A stretch of DNA of 64,000 bases, taken from Patescibacteria group bacterium. Lineage in GTDB: Bacteria; Patescibacteriota; Patescibacteriia; CAIXNZ01. Below the pieces are notes generated by a model. The model did not search any database, was not told where the DNA came from, and saw only the letters and a list, made by a program, of their open reading frames with translations. A program made the translations under genes and the position numbers. Below, one piece after another: positions 30,020-39,684 of this stretch (position 1 is the stretch's first letter; each line of letters begins with the position of its first letter). Where the stretch lies: positions 38,047 to 102,046 of the forward strand of contig JAQTMG010000002.1 in the NCBI GenBank assembly GCA_028714455.1, written 5' to 3'.

Positions 30020-30473
30020 ATTAAATACTCAAATAAAAATCGCCGAGAAAATCGGCGGTTTTTTTTGTCATCAAGTGATGGAATTGAATTGTTTTGAGCT
30101 TTTAATATACTTTTTGCTAAATATTGTTCGTACTGATTATCTGTTCTTTTTGTAACCAAAAAGAACCAAAAAGTTTTGGGGTCGCAAATGCGCTAGTGCA
30201 TATAGCTCGTTTTATCGCGACGCCCGTGACGCTTAGTTGCGCCCCCAAACCCCAGGGAGCTTTTAACAACTTTCTTTCGACAAAATTATTATTAGCTTGT
30301 ACTGAGCGAATAAAAAGCGCCGAAGGGCTCCCCAGACCCCTCCGGAGCTTTTAATACGTTTTCACGGGGCTTTATTTTATGCAAAAATAAAAAATACCGC
30401 CGGTTGTTAGCCAGCGGTATTGTTTTTATTTCATCCCAATGTAATAATGGTAACGAAACTTTTTTATAATTAA

Positions 30474-31589
30474 ATGCTGACTAACTTAAAAAAATCAAAT
30501 AAATCAGGCGCGCGCCTCGGCAGATTAAAAACAGCTCACGGCCCCATCAAGACGCCATTTTTTATGCCCATCGCCACCAAGGCTGCCGTGAAGAATCTGT
30601 CAGTCGAGGATTTAAATTGCCTCGGCGCGCCAATCATCTTGGCCAACACTTATCATCTGTATCTGCAGCCAGGCGAAAAGCTGATTAAAAAGGCTGGTGG
30701 CCTGCACAAGTTCATGAATTGGCCGCATCCGATTTTAACCGACTCCGGCGGTTATCAGGTTTTTTCTTTGTCAAAAATAAATAAAATTAAAGCCGACGGC
30801 GTGGAATTCCAGTCGCATCTGGACGGCTCGAAACATTTTTTAACGCCAGAAAAATCAATTCAGATTCAGCAGGATTTGGGCTCTGACATCATGATGGCTT
30901 TTGACGTTTGTCCGGCTGGCGAGGCCAAACAAAAAATAATCAGCGAAGCCTGTGCCACAACTTTTGACTGGGCCAAGCGCTGTTTTAAAACCTGGCAAAA
31001 AACAAAAAAGAAGCAGCAACTTTTTGGCATAATTCAGGGCGGGATTTATAAAAAGTTGCGCGATCAAAGTTTAAAACAAATAACCGGCTTGGATTTTTCC
31101 GGCTTTGCCATTGGCGGTTTGGCCGTGGGCGAAGAGAGAAAGGATATGTATAAAATTTTGGAATATATCGCGCCAAAATTGCCTGAAAATAAACCGCGCT
31201 ATCTGATGGGCCTGGGTCGGCCAGAAGAAATTGTTTTCGCGGTCAAGCAGGGGATTGACATGTTTGATTGCGTTATCCCGACTCGCGAAGCGCGCCATGG
31301 CCGGCTCTACCAATTTTGTTCGCTAAAACAAAAAGGCGCCATCAAACTTTTCGACAACCTGGCTTATCAGACATTGAATATAAAGAATGAAAAATATAAA
31401 ATGGAATTTTCCCCGATTGATAAAAATTCTAAAAATGAGTTACTTAGAAAATACTCCAAATCATATTTGCACCATTTATTTAAAACACAAGAGGGCTTGG
31501 GCTTGAGATTGGCTACGTTGAATAATCTGGAATTTTATTTGCGTCTAATGGATCAAGTCCAAGGGGCAATAAAAAATGACAGGCTTTAA
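30474..31589 (+). CDS. tgt: tRNA-guanine transglycosylase
   Basis: TPFFMP, NTYHL, TDSGGYQVFSL, DMFDCVIPTR. Confidence 0.96.
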   Translation: MLTNLKKSNKSGARLGRLKTAHGPIKTPFFMPIATKAAVKNLSVEDLNCLGAPIILANTYHLYLQPGEKLIKKAGGLHKFMNWPHPILTDSGGYQVFSLSKINKIKADGVEFQSHLDGSKHFLTPEKSIQIQQDLGSDIMMAFDVCPAGEAKQKIISEACATTFDWAKRCFKTWQKTKKKQQLFGIIQGGIYKKLRDQSLKQITGLDFSGFAIGGLAVGEERKDMYKILEYIAPKLPENKPRYLMGLGRPEEIVFAVKQGIDMFDCVIPTREARHGRLYQFCSLKQKGAIKLFDNLAYQTLNIKNEKYKMEFSPIDKNSKNELLRKYSKSYLHHLFKTQEGLGLRLATLNNLEFYLRLMDQVQGAIKNDRL

Positions 31590-31651
31590 TATTGACAAAA
31601 AAATATTTTATTGCTAAGTTGAAGTCAAACTTCAAAAAGGAGGAGCTTAAA

Positions 31652-32026
31652 ATGAATGGAGAAGAAGGATTGAAATTGCAATTACTTTGTGCGCTGAAGC
31701 ACATCAGAACTTTAAAAGCGAGAACGGACGATGGGGAATCGTACAAAACTGGCGACATGACTAGAGTGGCTAACACCATCGGAATTGTCGTTGAAGATGT
31801 GGGCCCGAACGAAGATTTCGTGCTTGTTTACATGGCCAAAAAAATTGTCGCGCCCAAAATTTCCGGTTCGGGAACCAATTTTGTCCCGGGAGAAAACGTT
31901 TACTACGATTCGCAGGCGCACAAAGTGACGACTTCGAGCTCGGGCAACGTTCTCTGCGGCAAAGCCCTGGAGTCAGCCAGTGATTCGGCAAGCGAAGTTC
32001 TGATCGAGCTCATCGTGTTTGCGTAG
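31652..32026 (+). CDS. DUF2190 family (phage capsid cement-like) protein
   Basis: F.PGENVYYD...VTT..SGN.LCGKALE pattern; start set by AGGAGG SD and TTGACA-N17-TAAGTT (31592-31620). Confidence 0.65.
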   Translation: MNGEEGLKLQLLCALKHIRTLKARTDDGESYKTGDMTRVANTIGIVVEDVGPNEDFVLVYMAKKIVAPKISGSGTNFVPGENVYYDSQAHKVTTSSSGNVLCGKALESASDSASEVLIELIVFA

Positions 32027-32086
32027 AATCGCAATTTATCAAACCAAGGCGGAGCAGAAATGCTTCGCCTTTTAATTTTAGGAGAG

Positions 32087-32201
32087 GCGAAAACGGCCCA
32101 TTACGTAGAGACGCGACATGCCGCGTCTCTACAACGGTTTTTTTGCACGCCGTAGAGACACGGCGCGCCGTGTCTCTACAACGGTCGTGGGCCGTTTTCG
32201 C
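32087..32201. repeat. GTAG-type REP doublet inside an outer inverted repeat
   Basis: GCGAAAACGGCCCA [GTAGAGAC..GTCTCTAC x2] TGGGCCGTTTTCGC. Confidence 0.82.
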
Positions 32202-32306
32202 GAATCGATTATTGACTTTTTTTATTTTTTGAATTATGCTAAGTTATTAAGATGTTCTCTAATAAAAGTCCCATCCAGGGGCAATAAAAAAGGGGGTGAT
32301 AATTTG

Positions 32307-32747
32307 GTGAATGAAAAGTTGAAGTTGAGACAGCAGGCTTTGTTTTTGGTGGGCGGTTCGTATAAGGGAGAAAACGCTAAATTGATTTTGGCAAAGATCA
32401 GACAAGCGCTGGAAGATGGCTCGATTCATATTGAAGAGTTGGGCGTAACGCTGGAACAACTCAAGGAAGCCGAAGAGAAAATCAAAAAAGAGACTCTGCC
32501 CCGCGTTCAGGAAATGTCAGAAGCAGAGGCTAAGGATTTGGCCAGTGGTTTTGGCAAGTTGTGGCAGCAATATCAAACCGAAGCGGACGCGGATCAGAAA
32601 AAAGAGATTTTGGCTCTAATGAAAACCATGTGGCCACGCCTGGTTCATGGGGTTAAGGCTCGCCTGATTGTTTACGCCGATCTTGGCCTCGAAGACGCCG
32701 GAGAATATTTCGTAATTTCAGACGTCATGCACCAAGGCGGAAAATAA
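32307..32747 (+). CDS. hypothetical protein (SD-class unit)
   Basis: AGGGGGTGA SD before in-frame GTG; terminator 32748-32775. Confidence 0.65.
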   Translation: MNEKLKLRQQALFLVGGSYKGENAKLILAKIRQALEDGSIHIEELGVTLEQLKEAEEKIKKETLPRVQEMSEAEAKDLASGFGKLWQQYQTEADADQKKEILALMKTMWPRLVHGVKARLIVYADLGLEDAGEYFVISDVMHQGGK

Positions 32748-32829
32748 AGTCCTCTTAATCTTGAGAGGACTTTTTATATTGACAAAAATAGAATAATTTG
32801 TTAAGTTTTTGTTATCAAGGGAGGTCAAA

Positions 32830-33009
32830 ATGGTACACGAAAAAGATCTTATTCTGGCGATCAAGCAAGTTGTCGGGTTGGATCGGCGAGAAATCCTTTT
32901 GAGCAGGCTGAAGGGCATCCATCCGGTTGATGACAAATTTTCCGGAGAACAGCTTGACAAAATCTTCGACGGTATGCCCGATTTAAGAAAGATTTTTCGC
33001 GAAGGATAA
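32830..33009 (+). CDS. small hypothetical protein (SD-class unit)
   Basis: TTGACA-N17-TAAGTT (32779-32807), GGGAGG SD, terminator after stop. Confidence 0.65.
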   Translation: MVHEKDLILAIKQVVGLDRREILLSRLKGIHPVDDKFSGEQLDKIFDGMPDLRKIFREG

Positions 33010-33065
33010 GTTCCCGGTTTTACTGGGAACTTTTTTTATTGCCTGAAATTTGATAAAATTAAGCC

Positions 33066-33428
33066 ATGGCAAAGGAGTCGATTTTTAAACTTATTGGCCT
33101 GCTTTTACTCGACGAGTTAAAAGCGATTTTGTATTTTCCGCTCTGGTGGTATTCAAGGGGTTTTTTAAATTTAATCAAAGCGGGCGGCAGCTGGATAATA
33201 AATTTTGACAAGACGCTGGGTTTCACCATCTGGCTGAAAAATCTGTTTGTGCCTATGTTTGGCCAGCGCGACCTCGCGGGCCGTCTCATCAGCTTTCTAC
33301 TGCGTCTGGTGCAGATTATTTTCAGGGGGATTTTATTGTTGATATTTATCATGATCGTTATCATTATATTTATCTTGTGGCTGGCTTTGCCGTTTTTTAT
33401 TATCTATGAAATAATTCTTCAGCTCTAA
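33066..33428 (+). CDS. membrane protein
   Basis: YFPLWWYS, KNLFVPMFGQ, TM helices; overlaps the Clp start. Confidence 0.75.
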   Translation: MAKESIFKLIGLLLLDELKAILYFPLWWYSRGFLNLIKAGGSWIINFDKTLGFTIWLKNLFVPMFGQRDLAGRLISFLLRLVQIIFRGILLLIFIMIVIIIFILWLALPFFIIYEIILQL

Positions 33429-36166
33429 TGCCAAACAACGAAGAAAATTTAAAGTTTCTAAGCTGCGGTCAGTGCGGAGGCTTAGGCGTTTATAACGGCA
33501 AAAAATGCCACCTCTGCATGAGCCGGGGAATTGTCGCTTATCTGGACGGCTATATTTTGTACTGGGGCGAGAAAATAGATTCTGGCTTTTTAGCGCTTTA
33601 TAAAGTTGAACGGTTTATCACCAAAGCCGTTTACGTTATTTTATTCGCGCTGGCTTTGCTCGGGATTTTGTCACTAGTCTCTGCCGTCTACTCTGTCGGC
33701 TATCTAAATATTTTGAGCCTTATTTTCTGGGAAAGCAGAAGCGTTTACTTGCTTTACTTTTGGCTTTCTCTGCTGGTTGATTTTTATCTTATTTATTATT
33801 TTTCGCTGGGGAGAGAGAGTAGGGACAAGATTAAACCTAAAAAATTTAAAGAATCAAAAGAAGCTTTTGGTCCGCTCATTTTAGATTGGAGCGAGATAGC
33901 GAAGATGAATAAAAGATTTTTGATTGACGTATCCAAATCAATGAGTGAGGAGGCCATGAGCGTGGTTGAAAAATCTTTTGAACTGGCCAGAAAGTACAGG
34001 GCCAAAGAGGTGCAGCCGATTCATTTTTTGATTGCCTGCCTGGTCGTTTCCGACGAGGCGCAGAAAATGTTTGTGCGCCTGGGCGTAGATTTTCCCGCTC
34101 TCTCGCAAAAGCTCGGCGCGGTCGCTTCGGCCGAAGCTCACGAACAAGGGCAAGCGATTTTTTCACCTAATTCGGAGAAAGTGCTTTTACGCTCATACAG
34201 ACGCGCCTATTTTTATGGTGGAGCGGAAGTGTCTGTGCGTGATATCGCGGTGGAAGCGATTTTTGCCGACCAGCTGATCGCGGACGCTCTTTCTGACCTG
34301 AACGTGACGGCGCAAAAAGTGGAAAACGTTTCACTCTGGTTTGCCATGAACAAGGAGCTGAAAAAGCAGTGGTTTATTTATCGCGCTTCCAGCCGTTTGA
34401 AATCCAAGGCGGGCATTGACAGGGCCATGACCGCTTTACAAACCCCACTTCTTAATCGTTTTTCGGAAGATTTAACCAGACTGGCCAAAATGGCCTATCT
34501 ACCTTTGTGCGTTGACCGCGAGAAAGAGTTTAATAGTATTTTCCAGGTGCTTGAAGGCAGTTCGCAAAAAGGCATCATTTTAGTCGGCGAGGCGGGCGTG
34601 GGCAAAACCGCCATGATCGAGGGCTTGGCCCAGAGAATGATTGCCGACGACGTGCCTAAATTTTTGGCTGACAAAAGACTGGTTAGTTTGAGCGTGTCCA
34701 GAATTTTAGCCGGCGCTTCCTTGAGTCAAGCGCAGGAGCGCATGTATCTGTGCCTGAATCAGATTATCAGAGCGCGCAACGTGGTTTTATTTATCGACAA
34801 CATTCACGAATTAGTGCCCGAGCTGATCGAAATTTTAGCCGAAGCCATTTCTAAGAATTTATTTATTTGTCTGGCCAGCACCAATCCGCTGGATTATAAA
34901 AGGGTGATCGAGCCAACCGGACTTGGGCATTTTTTGAAAAAAATCCAGATCAATGAGCCGGAAGAAAACGTGGCCATCCAGATTTTGGAAGGCAGAGTGG
35001 GCTATGTCGAAGCGAAAAATAACGTCTTTTTTTCTTATGACGCGATTGAACAGGCTGTGAAGCTTACTGACCGATACGAGCACGATCAATTTTTGCCTTT
35101 TAAGGCGTTAAATTTAATTGAGGAGGCTGGAGTTTGGGCTAAAAATAATAAAGGCGCTAACGCTATGGTGACTGGCAATGACGTGGCCACCTTGATTTCC
35201 GATAAGCTCGGAGTTAAGGCGGCCGAAATAACCCAGAGCGAGGGCGAGAGATTGGAGCGTCTCGAACAAGTCATTCATGAAAGAATTGTGGGCCAGGCTG
35301 AAGCCGTGAACGCCGTGGCCAACAGTTTGCGCCGAGCCAGGGCAGAACTGCGCGAGGTGAACAGGCCGATTGCCAATCTTTTATTTTTGGGTCCCACTGG
35401 CACGGGCAAGACAGAACTCGCCAAAACTATTGCCGAGGTTTATTTTGGCAATGAAGATAATATGATTCGCCTGGATATGTCAGAGTATCAGGAACAAAGC
35501 GGCTTAAACCGTTTAATCGGCGCGCCGCCCGGCTATGAGGGCGCCGCTTCTGGCGGTCAACTGACCGAAGCCGTGCGGCAAAAACCTTTTAGCATCGTGC
35601 TCTTGGATGAATTGGAAAAAGCGCATCCTGACATTTTAAATTTGTTTTTGCAGGTGATGGAAGACGGCCGCCTGACTGATGCCAGTGGCAAAACAATTGA
35701 TTTTACTAATGTAATTTTAATCGCCACTTCTAACGCTCAAACTTCATTTATCCAGGAAAAAATAAAAGAGGGCGTTTCACTCGAAGAAATTAAAAAAGAG
35801 CTTTTGGAATCGGAATTAAAAAAATATTTTAAACCCGAATTCATCAACAGATTTGACAATATCATCGTGTTTAAGCCGCTGGATATTGATGATGTTAAGC
35901 AGGTAGCCAGGCTCATGCTGGCCAAGGTGGCCAAACAACTTGAGGCCAAGGGCATTAATTTTAGCGTGACCGAAGTGGGGATTAGCGAACTAGCCCGGGC
36001 CGGTTTTGATCCGCAATACGGCGCTAGACCGCTGCGCCGCGCTATCTCGGAAAAAGTCGACAATGCCTTGGCAAGCTATCTGATTGCTGGTAAAATCGGA
36101 AAAAGAGATAACGTGATTTATGACCAGGGGGGAATAATTCGGGTGGAGAAAGCCAGAGAAATATAA
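33428..36166 (+). CDS. ClpA/B/C-type AAA+ ATPase with N-terminal Zn finger and TM helices
   Basis: GEAGVGKT and GPTGTGKT Walker A, LDELEKAHP, GARPLRR. Confidence 0.92.
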   Translation: MPNNEENLKFLSCGQCGGLGVYNGKKCHLCMSRGIVAYLDGYILYWGEKIDSGFLALYKVERFITKAVYVILFALALLGILSLVSAVYSVGYLNILSLIFWESRSVYLLYFWLSLLVDFYLIYYFSLGRESRDKIKPKKFKESKEAFGPLILDWSEIAKMNKRFLIDVSKSMSEEAMSVVEKSFELARKYRAKEVQPIHFLIACLVVSDEAQKMFVRLGVDFPALSQKLGAVASAEAHEQGQAIFSPNSEKVLLRSYRRAYFYGGAEVSVRDIAVEAIFADQLIADALSDLNVTAQKVENVSLWFAMNKELKKQWFIYRASSRLKSKAGIDRAMTALQTPLLNRFSEDLTRLAKMAYLPLCVDREKEFNSIFQVLEGSSQKGIILVGEAGVGKTAMIEGLAQRMIADDVPKFLADKRLVSLSVSRILAGASLSQAQERMYLCLNQIIRARNVVLFIDNIHELVPELIEILAEAISKNLFICLASTNPLDYKRVIEPTGLGHFLKKIQINEPEENVAIQILEGRVGYVEAKNNVFFSYDAIEQAVKLTDRYEHDQFLPFKALNLIEEAGVWAKNNKGANAMVTGNDVATLISDKLGVKAAEITQSEGERLERLEQVIHERIVGQAEAVNAVANSLRRARAELREVNRPIANLLFLGPTGTGKTELAKTIAEVYFGNEDNMIRLDMSEYQEQSGLNRLIGAPPGYEGAASGGQLTEAVRQKPFSIVLLDELEKAHPDILNLFLQVMEDGRLTDASGKTIDFTNVILIATSNAQTSFIQEKIKEGVSLEEIKKELLESELKKYFKPEFINRFDNIIVFKPLDIDDVKQVARLMLAKVAKQLEAKGINFSVTEVGISELARAGFDPQYGARPLRRAISEKVDNALASYLIAGKIGKRDNVIYDQGGIIRVEKAREI

Positions 36167-36167
36167 T

Positions 36168-37751
36168 ATGTCATACGCCATAGGATTTATAGCCGCTTTT
36201 ATTCTGTCGATAGCTTTTACTCTTTTAGTAAAAAAAATAGCGCTCAAAATAAAGCTGATAGATTTTCCCGACTTCAAAAGGAAAATTCACAAAACCCCGA
36301 TTCCGCTTCTGGGCGGGCTGGCGGTTTTTTTTAGTTTCGCGCTCATTTTAGTCTACTACGCTTTTTTTACAGATTTGATTTTATTTGATTTTATCGTGCC
36401 CAAATACGTGCTGGGCATAATCTTGGCCGGTCTGGTTGTCATAGCCGGGGGAATTTTAGATGATAAATTTAATTTAAAACCAAGATACCAAATCATTTTT
36501 CCGATTGTCGCCACGCTAATAATAATCGGGAGCGGAATCGGCATCTCGCACATCAGAAATCCGTTTGGTGGCATCATCAGTTTTAACAACTGGCAATTGA
36601 TTTTGTTCTGGCTGCATGGCACGCCGTATAAAATTACTCTCCTGGCCGATCTTTTCACTTTTATCTGGCTTTTGGGCATGATGTACACCACCAAACTCTT
36701 GGACGGTCTTGACGGTTTGGTTTCCGGAGTCACGGTTATCGGTTGCCTGGTGATTGCTTTTGTGGCCTTGAGCAAAACCGTCGCTCAACCCAATACGGCT
36801 TTAATCGCGTTAATTCTGGCGGGGGCGTTCGCGGGTTTTTTACTTTTTAATTTTAATCCGGCCAAGATATTTTTAGGCGAAGGCGGCAGTTTGTTTGCCG
36901 GCCTGATGCTCGGCACCCTGGCCATCATCTCCGGTTCCAAAGTCGCCACCACTCTTTTAATTCTCGGCGTGCCGATTCTGGATGTGATCTGGGTAATTTT
37001 GAGAAGAATTTTTTATCACCGACCAATCAGTTTTGCCGATAAAACACATCTGCACTTCCGCCTGCTGGACATTGGTTTTTCCCAGCGCCAGGCCGTCATA
37101 TTTATTTACGTCCTGACCGCTTTATTTGGCGGCGCATCTCTGTTCTTGCAATCCTTTGGGAAAATGATAGAATTAATTATACTCTCGGTGTTCATGCTGG
37201 TTTTAGCCGTTACTTTAGTTGTGATTTATAAAAATAAGAATAATAATCTCGGGCCTGTCTCGAAAAGCAAGTCCGTAACTTTAAGAAAAAATATGAATAA
37301 AAAAAATTTAAAAATCCTGGTTCCAGTTGCCGTTGTTTTGATTTTTATCGCGCTGGTCGCGTGCGTCTATTTTTATTATGTCCAATCGGCCATGGCCACG
37401 GTTACGATTCGGGGACACGTGATAAAGGCGCAGGTAGCTGACAGTCCCGAAGAGCAAGCGCTAGGATTGTCCGGTAAGAAAAACTTGGGCGACAATAGCG
37501 GCTTGCTTTTTGTTTATTCGGACAGTCGCTACAGGACTTTCTGGATGAAAGACATGAAATTCCCCATAGACATAATTTGGATTAACGACAATAAAATTGT
37601 CTACATCGAAAAAAATGCTCCGGTCCCGGCCGATCCTGAAAACCCAGCTATTTTTACCAAGGGCGAGGTGAATAGGGTTCTCGAAGTCAAGGCCGGCTGG
37701 ACTGATAAAAATAACATTCAGGTCGGCGATGAGGTTGGTATAAAGTTTTAA
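36168..37751 (+). CDS. WecA/TagO-type glycosyl-1-phosphate transferase fused to a DUF192 domain
   Basis: LDD, DGLDGL, FNFNPAKIFLGEGG; C-terminal GLSG...FWMKDMKFPIDIIWI, VLEV.AG. Confidence 0.85.
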   Translation: MSYAIGFIAAFILSIAFTLLVKKIALKIKLIDFPDFKRKIHKTPIPLLGGLAVFFSFALILVYYAFFTDLILFDFIVPKYVLGIILAGLVVIAGGILDDKFNLKPRYQIIFPIVATLIIIGSGIGISHIRNPFGGIISFNNWQLILFWLHGTPYKITLLADLFTFIWLLGMMYTTKLLDGLDGLVSGVTVIGCLVIAFVALSKTVAQPNTALIALILAGAFAGFLLFNFNPAKIFLGEGGSLFAGLMLGTLAIISGSKVATTLLILGVPILDVIWVILRRIFYHRPISFADKTHLHFRLLDIGFSQRQAVIFIYVLTALFGGASLFLQSFGKMIELIILSVFMLVLAVTLVVIYKNKNNNLGPVSKSKSVTLRKNMNKKNLKILVPVAVVLIFIALVACVYFYYVQSAMATVTIRGHVIKAQVADSPEEQALGLSGKKNLGDNSGLLFVYSDSRYRTFWMKDMKFPIDIIWINDNKIVYIEKNAPVPADPENPAIFTKGEVNRVLEVKAGWTDKNNIQVGDEVGIKF

Positions 37752-37790
37752 AAATAAACAGAAAAGGCCGCTCGATATCGGGCGGTTTTT

Positions 37791-37857
37791 TTATCCGCCG
37801 AAGCTTTCTCGTACGCCGTAGCTTTAGCAAAGGCGTAAGCGGAGGCGGAATTTGACA
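37791..37857. repeat. 67-bp direct repeat copy 1 (nested REP-like, family B)
   Basis: 65/67 identical to 39190-39256. Confidence 0.9.
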
Positions 37858-37918
37858 ATTATTGTAATTTTTGATATATTTTGCCATTGGTTATTAAAAA
37901 CAAAAAAGGAGGAAGAAA

Positions 37919-38545
37919 ATGAATGTCATCGCCTTCTTGGTTCTGCTTTTGTTCTACGTTCTCATCTTCGCGCGGCTCGAGGCGGAGATTGAGGGAGAAT
38001 TTGGCTGGGCAGCCAAACTGCCGACGGCCAGATATCGCCTGAAAGGCGAGGCGCTCGAATATCGCGCGTTTGCGTCGGCTGACACCAGCTGGGTTGAGAT
38101 TGACAGATCCACGATGCGGGGCAAATTCTTTTCAGCTTATATCGGATTCCTTGGCGGCAAGGATTTTACCTGGTATCACCGAGTCGTCGATCTACTTCAG
38201 CTCTTTGTCGCCCACCTGATTATTTATCTGTGCTTTGGTTCTGAACCCAAGTGGGTCTTGGAAGTCCGCGCCGTGGCCACGCTTTTTCTGATCTGGAGTT
38301 TGGAAGATACGTTCTATTTCTTTGTGAACCCGAGGTTTGGGTTTAAGAAGTACAATCCGGAAAGCATCGGATGGCATAAAGATTGGCTGACCATCGGCGG
38401 AATCAGGATTGGAGACAAAGGCATGATGGGTTTGCTGGCTGGCGGCGCCATCCTATTTGTTCTTTCCCTTTTCCTCCACTGGCTTGTCGTCAACGTCATG
38501 CCGGCCGCCCTGTATATTAATGAGGCGGTGAAAAATATTTTTTGA
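37919..38545 (+). CDS. membrane hypothetical protein (SD-class unit)
   Basis: TM helices; TTGACA-N17-TATATT; AAGGAGG SD. Confidence 0.75.
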   Translation: MNVIAFLVLLLFYVLIFARLEAEIEGEFGWAAKLPTARYRLKGEALEYRAFASADTSWVEIDRSTMRGKFFSAYIGFLGGKDFTWYHRVVDLLQLFVAHLIIYLCFGSEPKWVLEVRAVATLFLIWSLEDTFYFFVNPRFGFKKYNPESIGWHKDWLTIGGIRIGDKGMMGLLAGGAILFVLSLFLHWLVVNVMPAALYINEAVKNIF

Positions 38546-38714
38546 TCGCGCTTGATAAACCGTTCGAACCTTCGGGCGGTTTTTTATTGACAAAAATGGA
38601 AATTTAAGTTAAGTTGTTTTTATATAAACAGGGGCTTTTTCCGCGTGGCGGAAGAAGAAACAATGGCTCTTTAAAACATTCAGACCCGGACGGGTCAAAG
38701 AACGGAGGTTCAGA

Positions 38715-39149
38715 ATGGACAAGAAGGCGAAGGCGTTGAAGAGGATTTTAAGCGAGTTTCCCTGGCTTTGGGCGCTAAGCAACGTTTGGTCCGCAAAACA
38801 CGATAGTGTCACGGTTTATCGTGGCGGAAACCCAGGCGAAGAAAAGTTTCGCAGATTTATCTTTGAAATGTTTTTCTTCTGCCAGGAAGAACATAAAAAT
38901 CTTGTCTCCGAATTCAAAATCTTCATCAAATACGACGGTTGTAGCGAGAGCTTTGTTATGATTACTCCGACCCAGGGAATGCCGTTGTTTTTGGGTTATT
39001 ACGATTCTTTTTTTGCAAGAGCCTCTGTACCGGGTGCGCATTGCGTATGTATTACATACAAAGATGGAAACGAGAGAAAATATATGCTATTCCTGCTTCC
39101 CGAAAATTGGCGGGGAATCGCTAAAGCCGCCTGCGAAGTTTGCTGCTAG
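38715..39149 (+). CDS. hypothetical protein (SD-class unit)
   Basis: TTGACA-N17-TAAGTT (38587-38615), GGAGG SD, terminator. Confidence 0.7.
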   Translation: MDKKAKALKRILSEFPWLWALSNVWSAKHDSVTVYRGGNPGEEKFRRFIFEMFFFCQEEHKNLVSEFKIFIKYDGCSESFVMITPTQGMPLFLGYYDSFFARASVPGAHCVCITYKDGNERKYMLFLLPENWRGIAKAACEVCC

Positions 39150-39189
39150 AATTTATAAACCGCTTGGCTTATGCTGGGCGGTTTTTTCT

Positions 39190-39256
39190 TTATCCGCCGT
39201 AGCTTTCTCGTACGCCTTAGCTTTAGCAAAGGCGTAAGCGGAGGCGGAATTTGACA
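39190..39256. repeat. 67-bp direct repeat copy 2
   Basis: 65/67 identical to 37791-37857. Confidence 0.9.
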
Positions 39257-39332
39257 TTATTTTTAAAATACGCTATCATATTTTCATAAGATTTAGCTCG
39301 GTACTAATCTTTTTTATTTTTAATTTAAGGTT

Positions 39333-39653
39333 ATGTCTAGAATAGCTGTGATTAAAACAGGCGGCAAACAATACAAGGTGAAAGAAGGCGATAAATTTGA
39401 TATTGAAAAACTTATTGGCAAGGAGGGCGATAAAGTCAGCTTTGACCAGATTTTATTGATTGCTGATGAAGATGGCAAAAGCGTTGAACTCGGTAAGCCA
39501 TTTTTAAGCGGCAAAAAAGTTGAAGCCAAAATTGAAAAACAATTTAAAGATGACAAAGTAATGGTGATAAAGTTTAAGAATAAGACCAGATACCGCAGAA
39601 AAAAAGGTCATCGCCAAAATAAAACCCTGATTACGATAAGCAAGATCTCGTAA
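39333..39653 (+). CDS. rplU: 50S ribosomal protein L21
   Basis: AVIKTGGKQYKV, GHRQ. Confidence 0.96.
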   Translation: MSRIAVIKTGGKQYKVKEGDKFDIEKLIGKEGDKVSFDQILLIADEDGKSVELGKPFLSGKKVEAKIEKQFKDDKVMVIKFKNKTRYRRKKGHRQNKTLITISKIS

Positions 39654-39684
39654 AAAAACGCCCCGCTCCGCGGGGTGTTTTTAT

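Noticed and set aside
32118-32306. N-terminal ORF extensions in the track (also 31592, 46775, 48408, 54060, 55613)
   Set aside because: They run through REPs, promoters or repeats; SD position or homology places the starts downstream
31592-33009. Prophage around the DUF2190 gene
   Set aside because: No integrase, terminase, portal or capsid genes; flanked by tgt and Clp
37791-39256. Classical integron cassettes
   Set aside because: No intI and no RYYYAAC...GTTRRRY attC ends; units carry their own promoters
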